Source: Acidimicrobiales bacterium (lineage in GTDB: Bacteria; Actinomycetota; Acidimicrobiia; Acidimicrobiales; Bog-793). From it: DNA of 64,000 bases. The notes below the pieces were generated by a model. It was not told where the DNA came from, searched no databases, and saw nothing but the letters and a program-made list of their open reading frames with translations. Every line of letters starts with the position of its first letter. Position 1 is the stretch's first letter. The position numbers were made by a program, and so were the translations under genes. Shown in pieces: positions 39,810 to 49,149 of the stretch. The stretch spans positions 5,091-69,090 of the forward strand of contig JBEKLQ010000001.1 of assembly GCA_050010115.1 (NCBI GenBank), read 5' to 3'.

Positions 39810-40298
39810 TCAATCCCGGTAGTTGCCGAACTGCAGGGGGATGTCGAAGTCCGCCTCCTTCAGCGCCGCGATCACGTCTTGCAGGTCGTCGCGCTTCTTG
39901 CCGATGACCCTGACCTGTTCGCTCTGGGTCTGCGAGCTCACGCCCTTCAAGCCGAGATCCTTGATCAGCTTGTTGATGCGCTTGGCATGGTCGGAGGAGA
40001 TCCCGGCATTCAGTGTCGCCGTCTGGCGGACCGCACCACGAGATCCTTCCTCGATCTTGCCGTACTGGACCGCCTTGAGGGATACCTGCCGCCGTACGAG
40101 TTTCTCCTCCAGCACCTGCACGAGCGCCCTCAGGCGGTCCTCGGTGGGCGCGTGGAGGGAGATCTCGTGACCCTTCAGCTCGAGCGAGGCGCCGGTGTTC
40201 TTGAAGTCGAAACGCGTAGCCACCTCTCTCGAAGCCTGGTCAACAGCGTTGCGAACCTCCTGGAGATCAACCTCGGACGTGACGTCAAAGCTCGGCAT
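39810..40298 (-). CDS. YajQ family cyclic-di-GMP-binding protein
   Basis: MPSFDVTSEVDLQEVRNAVDQASREVATRFDFKNTGASLEL...QVRVIGKKRDDLQDVIAALKEADFDIPLQFGNYRD. Confidence 0.95.
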   Translation of the reverse strand: MPSFDVTSEVDLQEVRNAVDQASREVATRFDFKNTGASLELKGHEISLHAPTEDRLRALVQVLEEKLVRRQVSLKAVQYGKIEEGSRGAVRQTATLNAGISSDHAKRINKLIKDLGLKGVSSQTQSEQVRVIGKKRDDLQDVIAALKEADFDIPLQFGNYRD

Positions 40299-40402
40299 GC
40301 GAGCAAGCTACCGCGGGAAGGCCAGGCCTTCTGTTCCGACGGGCGGAACGGACCGAAGACTGACCACGAGTCCCCGGGCGGTCGATTATGGTGACGGACC
40401 GC

Positions 40403-40487
40403 GGGTCGGTACCCAAGTGGCCAAAGGGAGCAGACTGTAAATCTGTCGGCGCAGCCTTCGAAGGTTCGAATCCTTCCCGGCCCACCA
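40403..40487 (+). tRNA. tRNA-Tyr (GTA), CCA encoded
   Basis: Acceptor GGGTCGG/CCGGCCC, anticodon arm CAGACTGTAAATCTG, long variable arm, T arm GAAGGTTCGAATCCTTC, 3' ACCA. Confidence 0.95.
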
Positions 40488-40606
40488 GCGATCAGAAACT
40501 GTGAGCAGCGCCGCGAGGTCGAGCCCATCGACCGGCCCACTGCAGCAAGCGGCGAACGACAACAGGGCGCGGCACAACGGCCGTTCGGGACGAAACCGAG
40601 GTGGAG

Positions 40607-41011
40607 ATGACGATCCCGTGGGTGTTCGATCTGTCGTCGACGTTCGTCCATCTCGGTTTGGGTGGGACCGCTACCGAGCTGCCGGATTTCGAGTGGACCG
40701 CAGACTTCCTCGACCGGTACGAGGCCGAGACCAGGAGTGACGGACCGGACGGTCGGCTCGTTGTCCTCAGCCCTCAGGAGGAACACTGGTCGACCTGGGA
40801 GCGCCATCCCGCCGGCGAGGAGGTGGTCATCCAGATGTCCGGCCGCGCCGTCCTCATTCAGGACCTCCCGGACGGGGAGAACCGATGCGTGCTCGACCCT
40901 GGGCACGCGGTCATCAACCCGCGGGGCGTCTGGCACACCTCTGACGTGCTCGAACCGGGCATGGCGCTGTTCATCACTCCGGGGTTCGGCACCGAGCACC
41001 GTCCCCGTTGA
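40607..41011 (+). CDS. Cupin-domain protein
   Basis: Compact beta-rich ORF: SPQEEHWSTWERHPAGEEVVIQMSGRAVLIQDLPDGENRCVLDPGHAVINPRGVWHTSDVLEPGMALFITPGFGTEHRPR; GAGG before ATG 40607; GTG 40601 is an alternative. Confidence 0.7.
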   Translation: MTIPWVFDLSSTFVHLGLGGTATELPDFEWTADFLDRYEAETRSDGPDGRLVVLSPQEEHWSTWERHPAGEEVVIQMSGRAVLIQDLPDGENRCVLDPGHAVINPRGVWHTSDVLEPGMALFITPGFGTEHRPR

Positions 41012-41032
41012 TCAGCGGGTCCGCGACAGGCC

Positions 41033-43762
41033 CTAGCCCTCCGGGGCACCCGTCGCCTTCGCTCCAGCCCGCTTCCTCCGCCGGAGGGCGACCACGTCGG
41101 CAACCGCCAGCCCGAGGAGCACGAGCGTGCCACCCAGCGCCACCAACTGGCCATCGCCCCACCCCGGAGCGACGTAGACGAACGTGACGGTCGACTCGCC
41201 GGCTGGGACAGTCACCTGCTGCACCAGGCCGTGACGCCGCACGTCGGCAACGGACGACCGCCCATCGTGGGCGATGGTCGCCTGCCACCCCGCCACGGCT
41301 GCCATGGATCGCACGAGGGATGCCGCCTGCGACGTGGTCACCTCTACCGAGACCGCGCCGGTCCATGGGTCGCTCGAGACGACCTTCCAGGAGGCCCCAG
41401 GGGAGGCCACGGTGAACGGAGCCGCAGCCGCGTGGTTGACGAACGCCGAGAAACCCCCCACCCCGTCGACCTCCACCCATCCCGCCGCTCCGACCGGTGC
41501 CGCCAGCGGCCCGTCGGTCGCGAAGCTCGTCCCGCTGCTCGCACGCACCTGCGGTTCGGTGATCGCCACGGCGCCGGTGACCTGGCTACCACCGAGCGAG
41601 ATGCCGAACGCCGGCACCGGCGGGGCGAAGCGGATCGACACCTCGTCCGCCGCCAGCCGAGTCCGACCCTGCGTGGCGATCAGGCCGCCCGGGCCGATGA
41701 GGCGCACGCTGCCGGCGAGGGAGCGGACCGACGAGGGGTTGGCGGACCCGGCAAGGTCGAGCACCAACCCGCTGACATCGACCTGCTCGCCGAACCACCG
41801 GCGGACCGATGCTCTCGGGCCCACCTCCAGGGCTGGGTGCGAGGTATTGGACACCGGCCCGACGAGCTGTGACGGGAGCGTCAGCAACGCCGTCACGCCG
41901 AGGGCGGAGAACGTGCCGCTCGTGAACCCTTGTGGAGCGGCGCCGTCTTGCACGTGGGTTCCCGTCGCCGACGCGTACGGCCCCCACATGAGCGAGCCAT
42001 ACCCGCCGGCTTCCGGCAACCGGTCGAGCACGCCAAGGTCAGGTGCTCCGATCCGGTCGAGGCCGAGTCCGTCGACGAGACGAGGGTCGACCACGAGGAC
42101 CCGGCCGGAGCCGGCCAGGGCTGCGACGGCGAGGCCGTCGGAGGGGGTGAGCGCCGAGCGGTTTTGAGGTGCCAGTGATGACTGGTTGATGTTCATGAGC
42201 AACAGGTCGACCACGACCAAGGACACGACGAGCAGCACCCGCCGCCTCGGAGGAGCCCGCCAGCCGAGCAGCAGCAAGGCGCCGGCGGCGGCCGCCAAAC
42301 CGGTACTGACGAGCAGATAGGGCAGCACGCCTCCCAGGCTCCAGCCCGTGCCGGCGTGGACCGAGAGCGCTCCACCTGCGGGCCGGCGCGTGATCACCGT
42401 CGCAACGACCACGGCGAGCACCCCGAGCAACGGCACCAGTCCCGCACTCATCTGCAGGCGGCTCAGGCGCTTCGAGACGAGGCCATCGACGAAGTAGCCC
42501 GTCGACAGCGACGCCGAGAGGGCGAACAGGATCAGGGCCCGGCTGGGCAGGCGCTGATCGCCGACGACCGGGAGCTTCGAGATCACGTGCTCCAGGGGAG
42601 TGTGGTCGCCGGAGACGATGAGCAGCGAGGCGGCCAGCAGCACGAGCCAGATGCGCCAGCGCCACGCGGTTGGTTCCCGCCATCGTGCGAGCAGCACGGC
42701 GACGGCGACCAGGGCGAGCGTGCCGGGGTAGGCATTGACTTCCGCGAGAGGGAACGATCCGGCGAAGTTCCGTAGGCCGATGGCGCCGCCGCCGCGCACG
42801 TGCGGCACGAGCAGCTCGAGGAAGTTCGCCCACGTGAGCGAACCGCCCGAGATGAACGAGTAAGACGGGTGCGCCCGCTGCGAGACCGACACGAATTCGG
42901 CGGCCGGCAGCCACTGCAGCGCTCCGACGGCGACGCCGCCGAGGCCGCCGAGCCCCGCCCACGCCACGAGGCGCAGCCGGGCGGTGAGCCGCCGGCCCTC
43001 GCCCGCCGGCTGCAACAGCAGGTGGACCAAGTAGGCGCCGCCTGCGACCGCTGCGTCGATGACGATGTCGGGGCTCCCGCACAGGCAGATCCACGTGGTG
43101 GCGGCGGCGAGTAGCAGCACGTGCCGGCGGCGTGAGTCCGGACCGCGCGCCGCCAGCCCGTGCAGGGCCACGAGCGCCCAGCCGAGGGCGGCGGCGGCGG
43201 CGGCGAAGTCGATGTGAACGATCTGGGAGCTGACGAAGCCCCCCAACCCGAAACTCGCCCCGCCCAAACCTGCTGCGAGCGAGCTGCAGCCGGTCCGGCG
43301 CAGGAAGAGCTGGCAGCCGATGGCGGCGCCCGCGAGCACCATGACCTCGCCGGCGACCCAGGCAGCCAGCGGCGGCAGTACGGCGAACAGCAGGGTGATC
43401 GGCAGCAACCCATGCGCGTTCACGCCGCCGAGGAGCGGGGTTCCCGACCACAGGTAACTGTTGAACAGTGGCAGGTGGCCGTGGCGCAGCACCTGGCCCG
43501 AGAAGGCTTCGAGTGGGTAATTCTGCGCCAGGTCATCGCCGGTGATGAGCGGGTAGCCGGCCAGGGAGGCTGCTGTGAGCACCAGCGCCGGCACGCCGGC
43601 GATCACGCCGGCGATCCTCCAGTCCGTGCGGTCCCACGCTCGGTCAACGGGGATCTTCGGCGCGGGCACGGCAGATCGTAGGGCCCGGCGGGGCTCCCGG
43701 CTTGGCCCCCGGCGCGACGAGGCCTCCGCGCAGCGAAGGGCTCCGCTTGACCGACGGCGCAA
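41033..43762 (-). CDS. YfhO-like polytopic membrane protein
   Basis: PLITGDDLAQNYPLEAFSGQVLRHGHLPLFNSYLWSGTPLLGGVNAHGLLPITLLF; multiple TM segments and soluble C-terminal domain. Start uncertain (probably internal to the ORF). Confidence 0.7.
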   Translation of the reverse strand: MRRRSSGALRCAEASSRRGPSREPRRALRSAVPAPKIPVDRAWDRTDWRIAGVIAGVPALVLTAASLAGYPLITGDDLAQNYPLEAFSGQVLRHGHLPLFNSYLWSGTPLLGGVNAHGLLPITLLFAVLPPLAAWVAGEVMVLAGAAIGCQLFLRRTGCSSLAAGLGGASFGLGGFVSSQIVHIDFAAAAAALGWALVALHGLAARGPDSRRRHVLLLAAATTWICLCGSPDIVIDAAVAGGAYLVHLLLQPAGEGRRLTARLRLVAWAGLGGLGGVAVGALQWLPAAEFVSVSQRAHPSYSFISGGSLTWANFLELLVPHVRGGGAIGLRNFAGSFPLAEVNAYPGTLALVAVAVLLARWREPTAWRWRIWLVLLAASLLIVSGDHTPLEHVISKLPVVGDQRLPSRALILFALSASLSTGYFVDGLVSKRLSRLQMSAGLVPLLGVLAVVVATVITRRPAGGALSVHAGTGWSLGGVLPYLLVSTGLAAAAGALLLLGWRAPPRRRVLLVVSLVVVDLLLMNINQSSLAPQNRSALTPSDGLAVAALAGSGRVLVVDPRLVDGLGLDRIGAPDLGVLDRLPEAGGYGSLMWGPYASATGTHVQDGAAPQGFTSGTFSALGVTALLTLPSQLVGPVSNTSHPALEVGPRASVRRWFGEQVDVSGLVLDLAGSANPSSVRSLAGSVRLIGPGGLIATQGRTRLAADEVSIRFAPPVPAFGISLGGSQVTGAVAITEPQVRASSGTSFATDGPLAAPVGAAGWVEVDGVGGFSAFVNHAAAAPFTVASPGASWKVVSSDPWTGAVSVEVTTSQAASLVRSMAAVAGWQATIAHDGRSSVADVRRHGLVQQVTVPAGESTVTFVYVAPGWGDGQLVALGGTLVLLGLAVADVVALRRRKRAGAKATGAPEG

Positions 43763-43927
43763 ACGGCCCCGCTGGTACCATCGGAGTCGCAGTGGCTCGG
43801 TCCCGCATGAGCGCCGAGACCGCCGTGGCGTTCGAGCGCGAGTTTGATTCGCGCAAGGCCAGCCGGGCCTGAGTTTCGGCAGGTGGCCGGTGCCCGCAGC
43901 GGGCCCGGTGGATCGCGACAGGACGAG

Positions 43928-45655
43928 ATGACGACCTCGGTAGGCCCGGAAAGTGACGTCCCGGCAACGGGGAGCAAGCGAGTACTGGCTGCGACCTTGC
44001 GGCCGCTCGGTGCAGCGTGGTCCGCCGTCAACCTGCTGCGGATGCCGGCGCCCGAAGCGGACCCGTTCGTTGCCGGCGAGACCCGCATCGCCAAGGTGAT
44101 GTGGCCGTCGGCGCTCGCCGGCGCCGTCGGTTCACTGCTCGTGCTGTGGGGAGCGTCGCAACCCACATCGCCGTTCACCCTCAACCATGCGACGCTCTCG
44201 ACGTTGCCAGGGCCGCTGCAGTCCGGCGTGAGGACCTGGTACTTCGGCACGGAGGCAGTGGGCGGCCATGGTGACGTGCTGGTCGGAGTCGTGGCGGTCT
44301 ATGCGGGCATGTTCCTCATGATCAAAGGTTGGATGGGCCTGATCAGGGTCACGCGACTGCACCCCGGCACGCCCGTGCGGCACTTCGTGCCGCTGTTCAT
44401 CGTGTGGATGCTCCCCCTCCTCGTCGTGGCGCCGTTGTTCAGCCACGACGCTTACAGCTACGCCGCCCAGGGGGAGGAGATCACGCGGCACATCAACCCC
44501 TACATCTACTCGCCAGCTGTGCTCGGTGTCGGCGGGAACCCGTGGGCTTCGGGCGTGGACACGCTGTGGGGCAGTACGACTTCTCCCTACGGTCCGGTGT
44601 TCTTGTGGCTCGCCGGCGCCGTCGTCGGTGGCGTGAACCACAACTACTTGGCATCGGTGGCCGGGTTTCGGTTGCTGGCGGTGGCCGGCGTCGTCCTGCT
44701 CGCTGTCTACGCACCCCGTCTCGCACGCAGCTACGGGCACGACCCGGCGAGAGCGTTCGTGCTGGCGGCGCTCAGCCCGCTCGTGCTCCTCCACCTCGTG
44801 GCGGGAGAGCACAACGACGCCCTCATGATCGGGCTGCTCGTGGCCGGCCTGGCCCTCGCCCGAGAACGTCACCCGATCATCGGGATCATCCTGTGCTCGC
44901 TCGCCGGCCTCGTGAAGGTTCCCGGTCTGGTCGGCGTCGTCTATGTGGCCTGGGACTGGAGCGGTGGCGGCACCCCGGTGCGCGGGCGGCTGAAACTGAC
45001 CGCTGCAGGGCTCGCCATCTCCGGCATCACCCTGGCCGTCGTTACCGAGGCGATAGTCCTCATGACCCGGGCTGTCGGGAGCGGCTGGGGGTGGGTGTCA
45101 GCCCTGTGGAACCCCAGCTCGGTCAACTCGTGGATGGACCCGGCCACAGGTCTCGGGACGTTGCTCGGCAAGGTGGTCAACGGCGTGGGCCTCGGCATGC
45201 ACGTGGCCACCATCGTGTCGGTCAGCCGGGCCTTGGGCCTGCTGGGCGCGGCGGCGATCGGGTTGTGGCTGTTGCTCCGAGCCGACGGGGTCGGCAGCCT
45301 CCGGGGCGTCGGGCTCACGCTCCTTGCCTTCGCCGCCCTCGGGCCCGTCGTGCAACCGTGGTACCTGGTGTGGGGGCTTGTCGTGCTCGCTCCTATCGCC
45401 GCGGGGCTCACCCGGTCGGCGATCGTGGCCGTGTCGGCGGTGTTCTCGTTTCTCGGGTTGCCCGGCGGCCGGATGCTGCTCCGGGATCTCGGGCGGGCGA
45501 GCCCGCTCCTGATCGCCGCTGCGGTGGCCGCCCTGGCGCTGGTGGGCCTCCTCTCGCTCACGCCGCGCATCCGCCAGCTGCTGCGGGAGCGCCGTGCACG
45601 GGCAGCCGATCGCCTCGCCGAGGACAAGGCGAGCGTGCCGGCGGGCGGCACATGA
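43928..45655 (+). CDS. MptB-like polyprenol-phosphate-mannose-dependent alpha-mannosyltransferase family membrane protein
   Basis: PLFSHDAYSYAAQGEEITRHINPYIYSPAVLG...DTLWGSTTSPYGPVFLWLAGAVV...LVAGEHNDALMIGLLVAGLALARERHPIIGIILCSLAGLVKVPGLVG. Confidence 0.75.
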   Translation: MTTSVGPESDVPATGSKRVLAATLRPLGAAWSAVNLLRMPAPEADPFVAGETRIAKVMWPSALAGAVGSLLVLWGASQPTSPFTLNHATLSTLPGPLQSGVRTWYFGTEAVGGHGDVLVGVVAVYAGMFLMIKGWMGLIRVTRLHPGTPVRHFVPLFIVWMLPLLVVAPLFSHDAYSYAAQGEEITRHINPYIYSPAVLGVGGNPWASGVDTLWGSTTSPYGPVFLWLAGAVVGGVNHNYLASVAGFRLLAVAGVVLLAVYAPRLARSYGHDPARAFVLAALSPLVLLHLVAGEHNDALMIGLLVAGLALARERHPIIGIILCSLAGLVKVPGLVGVVYVAWDWSGGGTPVRGRLKLTAAGLAISGITLAVVTEAIVLMTRAVGSGWGWVSALWNPSSVNSWMDPATGLGTLLGKVVNGVGLGMHVATIVSVSRALGLLGAAAIGLWLLLRADGVGSLRGVGLTLLAFAALGPVVQPWYLVWGLVVLAPIAAGLTRSAIVAVSAVFSFLGLPGGRMLLRDLGRASPLLIAAAVAALALVGLLSLTPRIRQLLRERRARAADRLAEDKASVPAGGT

Positions 45656-46422
45656 CCGCGACCGTCCAGGTGTCGGCCGACGGCCCGGTCCTCACGGTCA
45701 CGATCGATCGTCCGGAGGTCCGCAACGCCGTGGATCGCCCGACTGCGGCGGCGTTGGCGGATGCGTTTCGTTCTTTCGAGGCGGCCGGCGAGCTGTCGGT
45801 GGCGGTGCTGACCGGGTCCGGGGGCACGTTCTGCGCCGGAGCGGATCTGAGGGCGATCGCGTCGGGACGAGGCAACCGCGTCGAGATCACCGGCGACGGA
45901 CCGATGGGGCCAACCCGGCTCCGTCTTTCCAAGCCGGTCATCGCGGCAGTGTCCGGCCATGCGGTCGCCGGCGGTCTCGAGCTCGCGCTGTGGTGCGACC
46001 TGCGGGTGGCCGACGAGACGGCAGTATTCGGCGTGTTCTGCCGCCGGTGGGGCGTGCCGCTCGTCGACGGGGGCACCGTGCGGTTGCCCCGCTTGATCGG
46101 CATGAGCCGGGCGCTCGATTTGATCCTGACGGGCCGACCGGTGGGTGCCGCCGAGGCGCTCGCGCTGGGCCTTGCCAACCGCGTCGTGCCGGCCGGCGAA
46201 GCCTTGACTGCTGCCCGGGAGATCGCCGCCGAGATCGCCGGCTTGCCGCAGGCCTGCCTGCGCTCGGACCGGATGAGTGTCCTCGAGCAAGAAGGGCTGG
46301 ACACCGAGGCGGCGCTGTCGAACGAGGTCCGGCGGGGTATCCCGGTGCTCGGCGAGGCGGTGACCGGGGCGGCCCGGTTCGCTGCCGGCGCCGGGCGCCA
46401 TGGTGAGAAGGCGTCCGGCTGA
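45652..46422 (+). CDS. Enoyl-CoA hydratase/isomerase family protein
   Basis: VLTVTIDRPEVRNAVDRPTAAALADAFRSFEAAGELSVAVLTGSGGTFCAGADLRAIASG...KPVIAAVSGHAVAGGLELALWCDLRVADE; ATG 45652 overlaps the previous stop. Confidence 0.93.
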   Translation: MTATVQVSADGPVLTVTIDRPEVRNAVDRPTAAALADAFRSFEAAGELSVAVLTGSGGTFCAGADLRAIASGRGNRVEITGDGPMGPTRLRLSKPVIAAVSGHAVAGGLELALWCDLRVADETAVFGVFCRRWGVPLVDGGTVRLPRLIGMSRALDLILTGRPVGAAEALALGLANRVVPAGEALTAAREIAAEIAGLPQACLRSDRMSVLEQEGLDTEAALSNEVRRGIPVLGEAVTGAARFAAGAGRHGEKASG

Positions 46423-46425
46423 CGC

Positions 46426-46911
46426 TCAGAGCATGTGCTGGGCGAGGGCCACGTCGAGCCAGCGCCCGAACTTGCGGCCGACCTCACGCTCGACGCCGAT
46501 GATCTCGAAGCCGCACGCCTTGTGCAACGCGATCGACGCCACCTGCTCGGTGATGATGCGCCCGATGACCGAATGGAAACCGTGGCTGCGCGCCGCCTCG
46601 ACAGCCCCGCTCAGCAGCAGCCGCCCGACGCCTTGGCCACGGTACTCCTCGGCGACATAGACCGAGTCCTCGACGGCGGTGGCGTAGCCCGGCCTCGGCC
46701 GGTAGGCGGACAACGACGAGAAACCCGCCACCTTTCCCCCGTCATCAGCCACCATCACGGGGTAGACGCCCGAGTGGCCGGACATCCAAGCAGCCTGGTC
46801 GGACACTGATCGCGGGACGAGGTCGAGGGTCGCCGTCGACGACAGCACCTCGGCGTTGTAGATGAGGCGTATCGCCTCCGAGTCACTCTCGACGGCCCGC
46901 CGTAGCAACAT
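46426..46911 (-). CDS. GNAT family N-acetyltransferase
   Basis: MLLRRAVESDSEAIRLIYNAEVLSSTATLDLVPRS...VAEEYRGQGVGRLLLSGAVEAARSHGFHSVIGRI...GFEIIGVEREVGRKFGRWLDVALAQHML. Confidence 0.9.
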   Translation of the reverse strand: MLLRRAVESDSEAIRLIYNAEVLSSTATLDLVPRSVSDQAAWMSGHSGVYPVMVADDGGKVAGFSSLSAYRPRPGYATAVEDSVYVAEEYRGQGVGRLLLSGAVEAARSHGFHSVIGRIITEQVASIALHKACGFEIIGVEREVGRKFGRWLDVALAQHML

Positions 46912-47034
46912 GGCGGCCGATCGTAGTGACCTGCAGCGGTACCACCGAATGACCTGGTCCGGAAGTCCTTGTTCAGCAACTGACCGCACGGCCGATATGA
47001 TCTCGTCGCGGGCATGCCCACCGGGGGCGTGATC

Positions 47035-47107
47035 GCCCCCTTAGCTCAGTCGGCAGAGCACAGCCATGGTAAGGCTGGTGTCGTCGGTTCGATTCCGACA
47101 GGGGGCT
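47035..47107 (+). tRNA. tRNA-Thr (GGT)
   Basis: Acceptor GCCCCCT/AGGGGGC; anticodon arm CAGCC-ATGGTAA-GGCTG (anticodon GGT); T arm GTCGGTTCGATTCCGAC. Confidence 0.93.
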
Positions 47108-47110
47108 CAG

Positions 47111-47184
47111 GGCGGCGTAGCTCAGTTGGTAAGAGCACACGGCTCATAATCGTGGGGTCGCGGGTTCGAGTCCCGCCGCCGCTA
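47111..47184 (+). tRNA. tRNA-Met (CAT)
   Basis: GGCGGCGTAGCTCAGTTGGTAAGAGCACACGGCTCATAATCGTGGGGTCGCGGGTTCGAGTCCCGCCGCCGCTA; loop CTCATAA. Confidence 0.93.
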
Positions 47185-47227
47185 CCCGGAGCAGTATCAG
47201 AGTCGTACGACACGAGGATCAAGACAC

Positions 47228-47392
47228 ATGGCCAAGAACGAGAAGCGCGTGCAGGTGACGCTCGCTTGTGAGGTCTGCAAGCGTCGTAACTACATCACGA
47301 CGAAGAACAAGCAGAACGACCGCGAGCGGATCGAGATGAAGAAGTACTGCCGATGGGAGCGCCAGCACACGCTCCACAAGGAGACCCGCTGA
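47228..47392 (+). CDS. rpmG: 50S ribosomal protein L33
   Basis: [54 protein letters not shown] translated directly; too short for the supplied ORF track. Confidence 0.96.
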   Translation: MAKNEKRVQVTLACEVCKRRNYITTKNKQNDRERIEMKKYCRWERQHTLHKETR

Positions 47393-47422
47393 CCCGTCAC
47401 TCGAGCAACTAGTGATGTCGAG

Positions 47423-48151
47423 GTGAGCGCGCTCCGCGCTGTCGACCTCGACCTTCTCGGAGGCCCACGGCCGCCGGCGGCCGAGGCTTCCGAAGCGCTC
47501 GTCGCACGCGCTCGTGACGGGGACAAGTCTGCGTTCGAGGAGCTCGTCCGGCTCACCTCCCCGGCTTGCTACGCGCTGGCGTTCCGTCTCGTCGGGAACG
47601 AGGACGACGCACGAGATGTCGTGCAGGATGCCTACCTCCGGGCGTACCGGGGGTTGAGGCGGTTCCGGGGGGAGGCGGGTTTTGCGACATGGTTGCACCG
47701 CATCACGGTGAACTGCGCTGCGACGCTCCTGGAACGTCGCAGCAAGGCGTCGTGCGACCAGCTCGATGACCTCGACGATTCGGCGCAGCTGATCGAGAGC
47801 CGCTCGGAGCGGGACCCCGAATCAGCCGCGAGCACGGCGGACGACCGTGAGCGCTTGGTCGAGGCTCTCGGCGAGCTGCCTGACCAGCTCCGGCTCGTCG
47901 TCGTCCTGCGGGATGTCTACGACCTCTCGCACCGGGAGATCGCGAAGGAGCTCGGCATCAGCCAAGCCGCCGCGAAGGTCCGCCTCCACCGGGCGCGCCG
48001 GCGCTTGCGCGAGCGGTTGTTCCCCGGGCGGCGGCCAAAGGTCGAGCCGGAGGACCCGATGCCGGAGGACCCGATGCCGGAGGACCCGATGTCGGAGCAC
48101 CCGATGCCGGAGCAGCCTGCCCCGCTGGTGGAGCTGGAGCACTCGGCGTGA
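47423..48151 (+). CDS. ECF (RpoE-like) RNA polymerase sigma factor with repetitive acidic C-terminal tail
   Basis: ALVARARDGDKSAFEELVRLTSPACYALAFRLVGNEDDARDVVQDAYLRAYRGLRRFRGEAGFATWLHRITVN (region 2), LPDQLRLVVVLRDVYDLSHREIAKELGISQAAAKVRLHRARRRLRERL (region 4). Confidence 0.93.
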   Translation: MSALRAVDLDLLGGPRPPAAEASEALVARARDGDKSAFEELVRLTSPACYALAFRLVGNEDDARDVVQDAYLRAYRGLRRFRGEAGFATWLHRITVNCAATLLERRSKASCDQLDDLDDSAQLIESRSERDPESAASTADDRERLVEALGELPDQLRLVVVLRDVYDLSHREIAKELGISQAAAKVRLHRARRRLRERLFPGRRPKVEPEDPMPEDPMPEDPMSEHPMPEQPAPLVELEHSA

Positions 48152-48672
48152 GTCGGTTCGGGGACACGGCGATCGCTGTCGCCACGCGCCGGTCCTGGGC
48201 CTCGATGGCTCGCCCACGCCGGCGGATTGGGTCCGTGAGCTGTGCCGAGGTGGCCGCCGAGCTGCCTGGCATCCTGGACGATCGCCTGCCTGCTGCCGCG
48301 CCACTCGTGTCGCACGTCGAGAGCTGCCTGTTCTGCCAGGCGGAGGTCGCTCGTTACCGCCGGCTCGTGCGCCTGCTCCACCAACTGCGGACGGCCGATG
48401 TCGAGCCACCGCCGGGTGTGGTGGCCGACGTGCTCGCCGTCGTCGGCAGCGCGGCCAACCGCCGGATGATCCGGTCGGTGCTCGACGGACGGCGCCTGGC
48501 CTACGCGGGAACGGTCCTGGCGGCCGGCGGAGCAGCCGCCGGATTGGTGGCGCTGGCGAGGGCGCACACCCGCCATGTAGTACCGGCTGGAGCTGGTGCT
48601 ATCGTGATGGCGCCCGGCGTGCTCGGTGCTCAGCGGGGTGGCGGGCTTGAACGCCCGTCCGGAGGGCAGTAG
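48148..48672 (+). CDS. Zinc-finger-type (ZAS-like) anti-sigma factor, single TM
   Basis: 4-nt overlap with the sigma gene; VSCAEVAAELPGIL...LVSHVESCLFCQAEVARYRRL has Hx3Cx2C; one hydrophobic segment (LAYAGTVLAAGGAAAGLVALA). Confidence 0.75.
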   Translation: MSRFGDTAIAVATRRSWASMARPRRRIGSVSCAEVAAELPGILDDRLPAAAPLVSHVESCLFCQAEVARYRRLVRLLHQLRTADVEPPPGVVADVLAVVGSAANRRMIRSVLDGRRLAYAGTVLAAGGAAAGLVALARAHTRHVVPAGAGAIVMAPGVLGAQRGGGLERPSGGQ

Positions 48673-48735
48673 CTCAACTGGCAGAGCACCGGTCTCCAAA
48701 ACCGGCGGTTGGGGGTTCGAGTCCCTCCTGCCCTG
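48663..48735 (+). tRNA. tRNA-Trp (CCA)
   Basis: Acceptor AGGGCAG/CTGCCCT; anticodon arm CCGGT-CTCCAAA-ACCGG; T arm GGGGGTTCGAGTCCCTC. Confidence 0.95.
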
Positions 48736-48788
48736 CACAATCAGCATTTCCATAGGTCCATTTGCTCAAATCGAGCCGAGGTCACGCA

Positions 48789-49121
48789 ATGAATCGAGAA
48801 ACCAAGCGCATGCTGCAGCGCCAGGGCCAGCTCGGGCCCGACGGAGCGCCACTGGCGGCCGGTCGCGAGCAGCGCGCCTCGGCGGCGACCACCCGGGCCG
48901 CGGCGGCGCAGCAGGCTGAGCGGCCGAGTTTCTTGCAACGAGTGTCCGAGTACCTCCGAGAGGTACGCAACGAGCTGGTCAAGGTGGCCTGGCCGGGACG
49001 TGCCGAGGTCATCAAGTACACGATCGTGGTGTTCTCCACCATCGTCCTGCTCACCTCGACGGTGTTCGGGCTCGACTTCGTGTTCGCCAAGTTCGTGATC
49101 TTCCTGTTCCCTGCGAAATAA
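48789..49121 (+). CDS. secE: Preprotein translocase subunit SecE
   Basis: [62 protein letters not shown]. Confidence 0.93.
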   Translation: MNRETKRMLQRQGQLGPDGAPLAAGREQRASAATTRAAAAQQAERPSFLQRVSEYLREVRNELVKVAWPGRAEVIKYTIVVFSTIVLLTSTVFGLDFVFAKFVIFLFPAK

Positions 49122-49149
49122 CACCAATAAGACCAATCGAGATCAAATC

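Noticed and set aside
44329-45651. Long upstream part of ORF 44329..46422 (Arg-rich)
   Set aside because: Out-of-frame reading over the MptB-like gene; the enoyl-CoA hydratase begins at ATG 45652.
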